From IMG/VR virus record IMGVR_UViG_3300045988_159056: a DNA stretch of 44,927 bases, one strand, 5' to 3'. The DNA comes from a virus. Below, piece by piece: positions 1-7,810 of this stretch. How positions within the stretch are numbered: the stretch's first letter is position 1; every line of letters starts with the position of its first letter. Below the pieces are notes generated by a model. The model searched no databases. It worked only from the letters and a program-made list of their open reading frames with translations, and was not told where the DNA came from. A program made the position numbers and the translations under genes.

Positions 1-55
1 GTGATTCAAGTAACGTTCTTTAATCGCCTGATTATTAATTGTTTACATAATTGTA
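1..55. repeat. Terminal direct repeat copy 1, identical to 44873-44927
   Basis: gtgattcaagtaacgttctttaatcgcctgattattaattgtttacataattgta occurs at both ends. Identity stops at the boundaries (tagcc follows copy 1; ttaata precedes copy 2). Confidence 0.95.
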
Positions 56-57
56 TA

Positions 58-74
58 GCCTACAATATGCCTAC
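58..74 (+). promoter_or_regulatory. Candidate integrase arm-type sites (gcctac at 58-63, atatgcctac at 65-74) on the far side of the circular junction
   Basis: Same 10-mer, same orientation, as the copies at 44748-44757 and 44760-44769 next to int. Confidence 0.45.
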
Positions 75-93
75 GTTTGTTGTCTATTACAGG

Positions 94-399
94 TTATTTC
101 TTACTTAATAAGACTTGTATTAGACGTTCTTTCTCTTCAATGATCCTTTCTAAATCAGCTATTTTTGCATCCTTATCAAGTTCATTCGATTTTATTCCAG
201 GTATGGGAATATTATCAAAGAATACACCTACAGGAACCTCCAAAACCTTTGCAATAGCTTCAATAGTTTCCGTATTCGTTGTTCCTTTTCTGATCATGGC
301 CTGTATACTGCAATCCTTTTTCCCTATACGAGAAGCGAGTTCACGTATGGTGATTTTTTTTAGTTCACACAAATCCCTGATTAGTAAAAAATTAGCCAT
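94..399 (-). CDS. XRE-family helix-turn-helix repressor (cI-like)
   Basis: 101 aa. N-terminal HTH (ITIRELASRIGKKDCSIQAMIRKG), C-terminal coiled-coil tail. Divergent from a small HTH gene and close to int. Confidence 0.8.
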   Translation of the reverse strand: MANFLLIRDLCELKKITIRELASRIGKKDCSIQAMIRKGTTNTETIEAIAKVLEVPVGVFFDNIPIPGIKSNELDKDAKIADLERIIEEKERLIQVLLSKK

Positions 400-511
400 A
401 ATATTTCGATGTATAAAGAATTATTAACATGATTATTAATCACTAGTGGTGAAAATAAATATATCTTTGCTTTATAAAGTTATTAATAAAAAACGCACTT
501 ACAATAATAGT
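400..511. promoter_or_regulatory. Divergent lysis/lysogeny switch region
   Basis: Intergenic region between divergent HTH genes. tatctttg (TAnnTTTG) at 462-469, 43 nt before ATG 512. TTATTAA-type repeats at 420-427, 430-440 and 480-487. Confidence 0.45.
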
Positions 512-760
512 ATGGCAAAAAAAACATTAAAAAAGAACGAGGACGGCGAAAAGTTGAGAATGTATTTATACAACCTTCCTCTAAAAGAATCTGCTGCAAC
601 AGCGCTAAAACTGGCAGAAGCATGCAAAGTACCGTATTACACGATTAGTAACTGGCGCTCCGGACGTTGTCGTATTCCCGAACTTGCAAAGGATAAGATT
701 GAGGAAGTAACAGGTGTGAAAATCTTTCATAGTGAAAATCTTCCTCCAAAAAGTGAATAA
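512..760 (+). CDS. Small Cro/excisionase-like HTH protein
   Basis: Internal ATG of ORF 446-760 (MAKKTLKK...). HTH-like LAEACKVPYYTISNWRSGRCRIP. First gene of the rightward early operon. Confidence 0.6.
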   Translation: MAKKTLKKNEDGEKLRMYLYNLPLKESAATALKLAEACKVPYYTISNWRSGRCRIPELAKDKIEEVTGVKIFHSENLPPKSE

Positions 761-795
761 ATATTCGGGGCGGCTTTTGCCGCTCCATAGAATAA

Positions 796-868
796 CCGCC
801 GGAGTGTGGAGATAACCCTGAAGGGCGAAAGCGGGTGTTATTGATAGTTCGATGCTATCCTCCGGCAC
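796..868 (+). other. Structured element with a tRNA-like acceptor/T-arm minihelix (not a canonical tRNA)
   Basis: 7-bp helix 798-804/860-866 sits directly against a 5-bp helix 843-847/855-859 with loop TTCGATG. No D arm or anticodon arm can be drawn. Confidence 0.3.
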
Positions 869-882
869 ATAACAAGATAGAT

Positions 883-1377
883 ATGAAGATAATAGCAAAA
901 CAAGGTTCAGCGCTTGAGAAGCTACTGAAACAAATGAATGAACGGCTTTTGCGTGAACAAGACGAAGCTAAAGATATGATTCAGGAATATTGTGGTTCAA
1001 GACCAGATAGTATCGGTTATGTTTGGGCGTTTGGCTTCACTGCCGAGTGGTTTTATACACTTATAGGTTTTGAAAACAAGGAGTTTGTTCCTGAAAAACT
1101 GGTTCTGAATAATGAAGATAAGAAGCATCCGTGTTGGAAAATCAATAAACGAAAAAAGGAGGGGCGAGAATTTATAGACAAATGGTGTAAAAAATTCCGA
1201 GGTATAGATGGTAAGCCTCTTAATAGGTTTGGAATTCCAGTGATGCACGAAGAAACAGGACGCTACTTCCATTGGCTCCCGCTTGAAAAAGATGGTATCT
1301 ATTACGTTTCAGTAGGTTCTTCCATTCTTGAATGTATGCCATCGGCAAAAAATGAGCAGTTTGAGATAGAGGTTTAA
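883..1377 (+). CDS. Hypothetical early protein
   Basis: Internal ATG (MKIIAKQG...) of ORF 835-1377. Co-directional, no motif recognised. Confidence 0.55.
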   Translation: MKIIAKQGSALEKLLKQMNERLLREQDEAKDMIQEYCGSRPDSIGYVWAFGFTAEWFYTLIGFENKEFVPEKLVLNNEDKKHPCWKINKRKKEGREFIDKWCKKFRGIDGKPLNRFGIPVMHEETGRYFHWLPLEKDGIYYVSVGSSILECMPSAKNEQFEIEV

Positions 1378-1408
1378 CATATAACGGATTAAATAAAAGT
1401 ATACAATA

Positions 1409-1675
1409 ATGAAAGCAACAATCACCACCCCGGACGAATTAACCATACTTCAAATAGAGGGAAGTAATGGGACTTATAAAATATTCAGTAGTTTCCGGCC
1501 TACGGAATCCCCTACGTTTGTAGATGCGATAGAGCAAAAATATAACTTGATGGAAATAAAGAATCTTTCTAACGGAAAAGGTTATTTCTTGGTTCATTTG
1601 AATAAGCAGCAACAGGAAACTATCATAGAGGATCTGAACGCTATCCTTTACGAGAGTGTAACGTGTGTGTGGTAG
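1409..1675 (+). CDS. Hypothetical early protein
   Basis: 88-aa ORF packed in the early operon. Confidence 0.55.
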   Translation: MKATITTPDELTILQIEGSNGTYKIFSSFRPTESPTFVDAIEQKYNLMEIKNLSNGKGYFLVHLNKQQQETIIEDLNAILYESVTCVW

Positions 1676-1682
1676 GAATAAT

Positions 1683-1859
1683 ATGAAAGAAGATAGACGC
1701 CTGCGAAATTTACGTTATCAGATGCGTAAGAAGGGGTACCAGTTTGATAATAAAAACTTGGTGGTTATTATGCCTTCGCATGATAAACGTTCTATCCTCC
1801 AGGAAAAGAGATTAAGCAAATTTGGTTTTTCAATCCAATATAATCTATTTGAACAATGA
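1683..1859 (+). CDS. Hypothetical small basic protein
   Basis: ATG at 1683 within ORF 1665-1859. Its stop overlaps the next ATG (ATGA at 1856-1859). Confidence 0.5.
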   Translation: MKEDRRLRNLRYQMRKKGYQFDNKNLVVIMPSHDKRSILQEKRLSKFGFSIQYNLFEQ

Positions 1860-2035
1860 AGAATAAAGATTTAAAATACATTGCCCACGCTATCATTGTG
1901 GTTGCTTTTATGGGGCTGATTGCCTTTGTCATTTACTTTACGGGTAAAACCGCCTTTCTTTGGCTTCTGTTATTCGTCTTCCTGTACCAACCCTGGGGAG
2001 AAGTGAAAGCGAAGCAAACGGAAAACAACGAATAA
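1856..2035 (+). CDS. Small two-TM membrane protein (59 aa, below the ORF-track cutoff)
   Basis: Translated by hand: MKNKDLKYIAHAIIVVAFMGLIAFVIYFTGKTAFLWLLLFVFLYQPWGEVKAKQTENNE. ATGA-coupled to the upstream ORF. Confidence 0.5.
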   Translation: MKNKDLKYIAHAIIVVAFMGLIAFVIYFTGKTAFLWLLLFVFLYQPWGEVKAKQTENNE

Positions 2036-2060
2036 TAAGTAACTATGTAACTTTATAACG

Positions 2061-4967
2061 ATGATCAAGGCAGAAGACATTTACAAAGTAACCAACAACG
2101 GCTTGGATATCATCTTACATTACTATCCGCAAGCCCGGGATTGTGTAGGAACTAACCGCCATTTTAAACGCCGGCCGTCAGAGGATGATGCGTCGGCCTG
2201 TATCAAATTATTCGGGAAGGAAGGTTCCCTGCAAGTTTATAAAGTAACGGATTTTGGTGATACCGGAACGGCTCAAAGCCCCATAGACATTTGCATGTAC
2301 GAAGAAGGTCTCCGGTTTAACGAAGCAATTTTAAAACTTGCATCCATGTATAACGTAACCGACGAGCTGAACCGTAGCGTAAATAAACCGGATATCCGTA
2401 AGGTTCCGGCCAACCAGGATCAGAAAGACGGTACTAAAATATTTGAGCTTGCCGATCACCTTACTCCGGAGCAATTACGCATACTCGGCCCCCGTGTCAC
2501 CCAGGAGAACGCCGAGGCCCTGCACTGGTATTCGGCCAAATATATAGGGTATGTAAAGAACCGCGAGGTAACATATAAATACGCTACTACGACATACCCG
2601 ATCTTTATGCGTGAATGTCTGGTAAAACCGGCCGAGGGTGACGCCCCCGAAGTAAAATTCTATAAAATATACGAGCCTTTGAACCCGGACAAACAGTGGC
2701 GTTTTTCCTATACTCCGGAAGGTGTCAAGCCCAAAGACTACATAAACGGCCTTTCCGAACTGAAAGCCTTATACCGGGAATTTAATTCCAGGGAAGAAGC
2801 CGCGTTTAAAAAGAATCCGGCCAATGCTGAAAAACCATATAAGGAACAGAAGCTGCAGGAAGCCTTCATTTGTTCCGGAGAACGCGATGCCTTGTGTGTT
2901 AAGTCGCTGGGATTCCCCCCGATCTGGTTTAATTCTGAAACGTATAAACTTTCTGAACAGGACTATAAAGAGATTATGAAATACGTTGAAGTCCTGTATA
3001 ACATACCTGATATCGACACGACGGGCAGGGTGAAAGGGACGGAACTTGCACTGCGCTTTATTGATATCCACACGATTTGGCTACCGGCCTGGCTTACTAC
3101 TTATCGGGATCAGCGCGGCAAACCCCGTAAGGACTTCCGGGATTTCATGGAATTGAGAAGCAAAAGCGAGGATTTCCGTAACCTTATGACGCTTGCAATG
3201 CCCGCCAAATTTTGGTATTCCAGACTTAACGAAAAATCCAGGCAATGGGACCACAATATAGACGCGGACTGCCTTCACTACTTTCTACGCCTTAACGGTT
3301 TCTACTCCCTGCATGATGAAAACTCTAGTTCAACAAAATACATCCGTATAACCGGTAATATCGTAAAGCTAATCAAAGCAAAGGATATCCGGAAGTTTAT
3401 TCGCGGTTGGGCACAAGAGAGCTTTTTACATCGTGATATAAGAAATCTTATTCTAAACAGTCCCAAACTATCAGACACCGCACTGGACAATTTGCAAGAA
3501 ATAGAATTGGATTTTACCAATTATACGCATAATACACAAATGTTTTTCTTTCCAGGATGCAGCATGGAAGTAAGCGGGCACGGCATAAAGGAACATCCGG
3601 CCAACGGCAGCACATTATCCCACTACGTCTGGGAAGAAAACGTTTTAAAACACAAGGTGCGTCTAATGGAAAATATGTTCACCATTTCCAGGAAAAAGGA
3701 TATTGAAGGTAACGATGTCTTCGACATTACGATAAACTCCGTTCCGTCTAACTTCTTCGGCTATGTAATCAATTCCAGCCGTATTTATTGGCGCAAAGAA
3801 CTGGAGTATAATTTTGAGGATAAAGGGGTAGGGGAATCCGAAGCCTACCGGGAAAAGCATAAATTCGATATTGAGGGGGAAGGACTTACTGCGGAGGAAG
3901 TCGCCGAGCAGAAAAAGAACCTTATCAACAAGATTTTTACTATCGGCTACATGCTGCACCGTTATAAATCCCCTTCGCGCGCATGGGCACCGCAAGCCAT
4001 GGACAACAAGATAGGCGAAGATGGGGAGTGTAACGGACGATCGGGAAAGTCCTTCATGTTTAAGGCTCTTTCCTACTTTATGAAGACCGTTAAACTTTCC
4101 GGACGTAATCCTAAGCTGATGGATAATCCGCACGTGTTCGATCAGGTGAACCAACATACCGACTTTATCCTGGTGGATGATTGTGACCGGTATCTTAATA
4201 CAGGCCTTTTTTACGATATTATCACGTCTGACATGACCGTAAACCCGAAGAACAACCAATCGTTTACAATACCCTTTGAAGAATCCGCAAAATTGGGGTT
4301 TACAACAAACTACGTTCCCATAGATTTCGATCCGTCAACGGAAGCCCGTTTGCTTTATCTGGTCTTCTCTGATTACTACCACCAACGCACGGAAGATAAC
4401 GACTACCGGGAAACACGTTCTATCCGGGACGATTTCGGCAAAGACCTGTTTTCTAAGACGTATTCCGAAAGTGAGTGGAACGCGGATATTAATTTCTTCT
4501 TGCAGTGTTGCCGTTTTTATCTTTCTCTTTGTGAGGAATCCATTAAACTACTTCCACCAATGGAAAATATAATCAGGCGTAAATATAAGGCCGATATGGG
4601 CAATAACTTCGAGGATTGGGCTAATTCTTACTTTTCTCCGGATAGCGAACACCTGGATTCTTTTATTGTACGTGAAAAGGCTTTCGCTGATTACAAGAGC
4701 TTTTCCGGTGTTAGTAAAATTACAATGCAACGTTTTACAAAAGCTCTGAAAGGATTTGTGGCTCTTTGTCCCTATATCGAGGAACTTAATCCGAAGGACC
4801 TTTGCAATTCTCAGGGACGTATTGTCCGTAAAGACAACGAAGGCAAAGCCGCTGATATGATTTATCTACGTTCATGCGGCCAGATGGAAACATCCACCGG
4901 CGGAGATCCGGCACCGGTTGATCCGACATTTGTATTTGTACCCGATGAACGAACCAACGATGAATAA
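2061..4967 (+). CDS. Replicative primase-helicase fusion (Toprim primase plus P4/D5-type SF3 helicase)
   Basis: 968 aa. Toprim-like EAFICSGERDALC and NIPDIDTTGR. Walker A GRSGKS and Walker B ILVDDCD in the C-terminal half. Confidence 0.85.
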   Translation: MIKAEDIYKVTNNGLDIILHYYPQARDCVGTNRHFKRRPSEDDASACIKLFGKEGSLQVYKVTDFGDTGTAQSPIDICMYEEGLRFNEAILKLASMYNVTDELNRSVNKPDIRKVPANQDQKDGTKIFELADHLTPEQLRILGPRVTQENAEALHWYSAKYIGYVKNREVTYKYATTTYPIFMRECLVKPAEGDAPEVKFYKIYEPLNPDKQWRFSYTPEGVKPKDYINGLSELKALYREFNSREEAAFKKNPANAEKPYKEQKLQEAFICSGERDALCVKSLGFPPIWFNSETYKLSEQDYKEIMKYVEVLYNIPDIDTTGRVKGTELALRFIDIHTIWLPAWLTTYRDQRGKPRKDFRDFMELRSKSEDFRNLMTLAMPAKFWYSRLNEKSRQWDHNIDADCLHYFLRLNGFYSLHDENSSSTKYIRITGNIVKLIKAKDIRKFIRGWAQESFLHRDIRNLILNSPKLSDTALDNLQEIELDFTNYTHNTQMFFFPGCSMEVSGHGIKEHPANGSTLSHYVWEENVLKHKVRLMENMFTISRKKDIEGNDVFDITINSVPSNFFGYVINSSRIYWRKELEYNFEDKGVGESEAYREKHKFDIEGEGLTAEEVAEQKKNLINKIFTIGYMLHRYKSPSRAWAPQAMDNKIGEDGECNGRSGKSFMFKALSYFMKTVKLSGRNPKLMDNPHVFDQVNQHTDFILVDDCDRYLNTGLFYDIITSDMTVNPKNNQSFTIPFEESAKLGFTTNYVPIDFDPSTEARLLYLVFSDYYHQRTEDNDYRETRSIRDDFGKDLFSKTYSESEWNADINFFLQCCRFYLSLCEESIKLLPPMENIIRRKYKADMGNNFEDWANSYFSPDSEHLDSFIVREKAFADYKSFSGVSKITMQRFTKALKGFVALCPYIEELNPKDLCNSQGRIVRKDNEGKAADMIYLRSCGQMETSTGGDPAPVDPTFVFVPDERTNDE

Positions 4968-5271
4968 CGCTCATTTGAAATTAAACAGCATGACCGAGTT
5001 TACGGCACTTTGGAACAGCGGCGAGAAGTTCCGGAACTTTGCCGAGCAGGTTTACCACTACCTTTGGCGGATGAAGCCGGGCACTGTCTTGATATTGGAG
5101 CGTTATTCGGGTGAGCGGTTGGAATGGATCATAAAAACGGCCTGTGTCTTTATCCTGGAAGGAAATAACTGGATAGAGTATGAATTTAATGAAGACTATA
5201 CGGCTGTCATACACCGTAATGTAGCTCCGGACGTTAGAAAGTGGATATTGAACCGTTGCCACCGGGTATAA
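4960..5271 (+). CDS. Hypothetical protein
   Basis: ATG 4960 overlaps the primase stop. Last gene before a strong terminator. Confidence 0.5.
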   Translation: MNNAHLKLNSMTEFTALWNSGEKFRNFAEQVYHYLWRMKPGTVLILERYSGERLEWIIKTACVFILEGNNWIEYEFNEDYTAVIHRNVAPDVRKWILNRCHRV

Positions 5272-5295
5272 GAGAATCCGACACCGGTAAAATAC

Positions 5296-5337
5296 AAAAA
5301 GAGGGATCAGATACGAAAGTGTCGATCCCTCTTTTTG
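5296..5337. terminator. Rho-independent terminator closing the early operon
   Basis: agagggatc (5300-5308) pairs with gatccctct (5324-5332), flanked by an A-run and a T-run. Confidence 0.7.
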
Positions 5338-5405
5338 TCTGGAAACAAGCGTGCGTCCCTACTTATCCCTCCCCATACCCCACCACTATTTCATACAAAA
5401 TTTTA

Positions 5406-5656
5406 GTAACTCTGTAACCTTTGTTTGCTTGAAAGAAAATAATCTGAAAATCAAATAGATAAAGGGAAACAGAAGGTTACAAAGTTGCGGTTACAAATCG
5501 GTTACTAACTTTTTTTGTTTGTAACATCTATCTTTTCATCTATTACCGGAGGACCCGGTTACAAAGTATTTTTCTTCTATTTTTTTGTAACAGAAATTAG
5601 TAACGTTACTAAGTTGCTAAGATACAGTATTTTATCTTTACCGGTTGCCCGGTTAC
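5406..5656. repeat. Iteron-like array of GGTTAC(A/G)AA / TTGTAAC motifs
   Basis: GGTTAC at 5475, 5489, 5500, 5557 and 5651. GTAAC at 5406, 5414, 5521, 5587 and 5600. GTAACGTTAC palindrome at 5600-5609. All lie in non-coding DNA just after the primase-helicase operon. Confidence 0.6.
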
Positions 5657-5830
5657 GAAATTACAAATATTTAGTGTTGAATTATATTATATCACAGGGA
5701 AGCGGAAACAAAGTGCGGTAAATCCGGGGATAGAACGTGCTATAATTATTTTTTCACGATACATTTATTAAAATATCGGTTATCTGCCTACATTTTGGTA
5801 TAAAAAGCAGAATAACAGCGTATAAGGAAG

Positions 5831-5838
5831 TATCTTTG
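5831..5838 (+). promoter_or_regulatory. Bacteroidota -7 box (tatctttg)
   Basis: TAnnTTTG match 25 nt upstream of ATG 5863. Confidence 0.4.
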
Positions 5839-5862
5839 CGGTTGAACTTGAATTTTATTGTT

Positions 5863-6351
5863 ATGATTACCACCCGAATACAGATTGAACCCTATTTGGC
5901 CGAATATATCAGGGGTAAATACTACGATGAAACAGTCGGTACCGTACGTTTTCCTTCTCATTCTGATATCTATGTGACAATTTACGATTTGATGGAAAAA
6001 CGGCCTGTTAATTGCCCGTCCGATCGTGGCAATCTTGAATTTATGTTGCCTGATCGTAGAGAGGCTAATTTTGCCGGTGGCAAATCACCGGAGCAATTCA
6101 ATTACATTTCTATTCGTGGAACCCGTTTTCTTGAAAAGAGGTTCCGGGCATTGATGTGGGCCGAATTGCATGAGGTTATGGACGAAAACAAACATTTGCA
6201 TGGCGTTGAGTTTAAAGAAACGGTTTTTACCTTTATGAAAAGATATTCTATAGCTTCCATCCAGGAAGACGGCCTATTGAAAAACTACCAAAGATGGCGG
6301 GATAGTTTCAGGCGTAAAACCAAAAGGGCTTATAATCGAAAAAAAATGTAA
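5863..6351 (+). CDS. Hypothetical protein with a basic C-terminus (possible regulator)
   Basis: ATG 5863 (MITTRIQIEPYLAEYIRGKYY...). First gene after the iteron block and ahead of the head module. No motif recognised. Confidence 0.55.
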   Translation: MITTRIQIEPYLAEYIRGKYYDETVGTVRFPSHSDIYVTIYDLMEKRPVNCPSDRGNLEFMLPDRREANFAGGKSPEQFNYISIRGTRFLEKRFRALMWAELHEVMDENKHLHGVEFKETVFTFMKRYSIASIQEDGLLKNYQRWRDSFRRKTKRAYNRKKM

Positions 6352-6429
6352 AAAACACGGTGTTTTTTACCTACCAACTGTATCTGTTTGTCCTTTTTTG
6401 TCCGGTTTTTGGCTGAAAAGTGCTGAGTG

Positions 6430-6458
6430 ATTGATTATCAATTAATTACAATTGTAAT
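6430..6458. promoter_or_regulatory. Two adjacent palindromes abutting start codon 6459
   Basis: attgat-t-atcaat at 6430-6442, and a perfect 14-bp palindrome attacaattgtaat at 6445-6458. Confidence 0.35.
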
Positions 6459-6860
6459 ATGAAGAAAAATATAGTTTCTGCGGCTCATAGCCTCTTTCTT
6501 GTGTCCGTATCTAATGTTTTATCATTTGGGGTGGTACATTCCCGCGCTTTTATAAAAAGTATCGGGGAAGCGGAAGAAATAAAGATCGTTCCGGGGAGTT
6601 TTGTTCCGGGGGATGGTTTAAGCGACGGGCTTTATAATAAAAAACATAGTTTTAAGCTATCCGATGTTTCCGTTAATAAGACGGATTATCTGGAAAATTT
6701 GAAAAAAGGCCGCTATGTTGCTTTTTATGTCGATGAGAACGGAAACGAGCGTGTTTCAGGTTCTCCGGATTATCCTCTTTCTTTGTCTTACGAGATCAAA
6801 GGCGGTCTTTATTCCTGTACCCTGACCGGGTTTTCCATTGATCCGGACGCCTTCCGATAA
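6459..6860 (+). CDS. Hypothetical protein (head-module position)
   Basis: 133-aa ORF with a hydrophobic N-terminus, directly upstream of the protease. Confidence 0.55.
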   Translation: MKKNIVSAAHSLFLVSVSNVLSFGVVHSRAFIKSIGEAEEIKIVPGSFVPGDGLSDGLYNKKHSFKLSDVSVNKTDYLENLKKGRYVAFYVDENGNERVSGSPDYPLSLSYEIKGGLYSCTLTGFSIDPDAFR

Positions 6861-6919
6861 CTTTTCCCGTCCTTCTTTACCTATAATATAGGCGTTTTCT
6901 TTGTCGTAAAAAAGAGAAC

Positions 6920-7786
6920 GTGGATAGAATACAGGAGATTTTTACAGCACATTGGGCAATTGCCGATAACGATTATTACCGGTTGCTTTCTTTGCTTGTA
7001 CCGTGTGTTGCCGCCGGTAACCTGGACGCAATAGAGAAACGGCTCGACAAAAATAAAATAACCGCTTACGCTACTACCCCTTATCTTGCCAGCAAATGGG
7101 AACTGGACGACGATAATTTACCCGTAGACAGCGTGGCCGTCATAACATTGGAAGGCACTTTATATTCTTGGGAAACTTATCGTTTGGAAGAAAGGCTCCG
7201 GCTTGTTTTCAGTAACCCGAAGATTTGCGGTGCGGTTCTTTGGATCAACGGACCGGGAGGCATGGTCGCACATGTAGACCTGGCAGCAAAAATGATTGCC
7301 GAAGCCCCCAAACCCATAGCCACTTATGTAGCCGGTACCATGGGAAGTGCTCATTTCTGGTTAGGCACTTCCGCCGGAAGGACTTTTATTGCTTCCCCTA
7401 TGTGCGAGGTGGGTTCTGTGGGGATTATGCTTACTTATCAATCCTTTAAGGAATATTTCAAGAAACAGGGTATTGATTACCGGGAAATTTATCCGGACAG
7501 TGCAGACCTGAAAAATTATGAAACGCGGGTTATTGAAAAGGAAAATAACGAGGAGCCTATAAAAGAACGGCTTACCGTGATGCACCGTATATTCTGTGAT
7601 GCGATCAGTAAGAACCTGGGGATTTCTTACGATCCGCAGCTTCCTCTTTTCAGAGGACAGATTTTTACCGGTGATGTAGCCGTAGCGAATGGATATATCG
7701 ACCAGTTCGGCACATTGGAAGACGCTGTAAAGTGGGTATTGGCACAGGCAACCGTAAGAAAAGTAAACGAGATGTATAATATATAG
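6920..7786 (+). CDS. Prohead protease, S49 (SppA)/ClpP-like
   Basis: LWINGPGGMV, YVAGTMGSAHFW and GSVGIM match the S49 INSPGG / AAS / GSIGV pattern. GTG start. Directly upstream of the capsid gene. Confidence 0.8.
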   Translation: MDRIQEIFTAHWAIADNDYYRLLSLLVPCVAAGNLDAIEKRLDKNKITAYATTPYLASKWELDDDNLPVDSVAVITLEGTLYSWETYRLEERLRLVFSNPKICGAVLWINGPGGMVAHVDLAAKMIAEAPKPIATYVAGTMGSAHFWLGTSAGRTFIASPMCEVGSVGIMLTYQSFKEYFKKQGIDYREIYPDSADLKNYETRVIEKENNEEPIKERLTVMHRIFCDAISKNLGISYDPQLPLFRGQIFTGDVAVANGYIDQFGTLEDAVKWVLAQATVRKVNEMYNI

Positions 7787-7810
7787 TATTAACTTCAAAA
7801 TTTTGTATAT

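Noticed and set aside
77-427. 116-aa + strand ORF covering the repressor locus
   Set aside because: It is antisense to the 94-399 ORF, which has a clear XRE HTH. The + frame product is low-complexity with no motif, so it is a shadow ORF.
822-832. agggcgaaagc 11-mer shared by 822-832 and 11561-11571 (and gggcgaaag at 44798-44806)
   Set aside because: All three are GNRA-type hairpin loops in intergenic stems. The shared sequence is probably convergent terminator/tetraloop structure rather than a distinct repeat family. It is noted only as context.
5406-5656. Possible CRISPR array
   Set aside because: The repeats are only 6-9 bp, occur in both orientations and are irregularly spaced with no uniform spacers. 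They are iteron-like, not CRISPR.
5515-5721. 68-aa ORF across the GGTTAC repeat block
   Set aside because: Its sequence is just the translated iterons and T-runs. It has no plausible start context and lies in an otherwise non-coding regulatory region.
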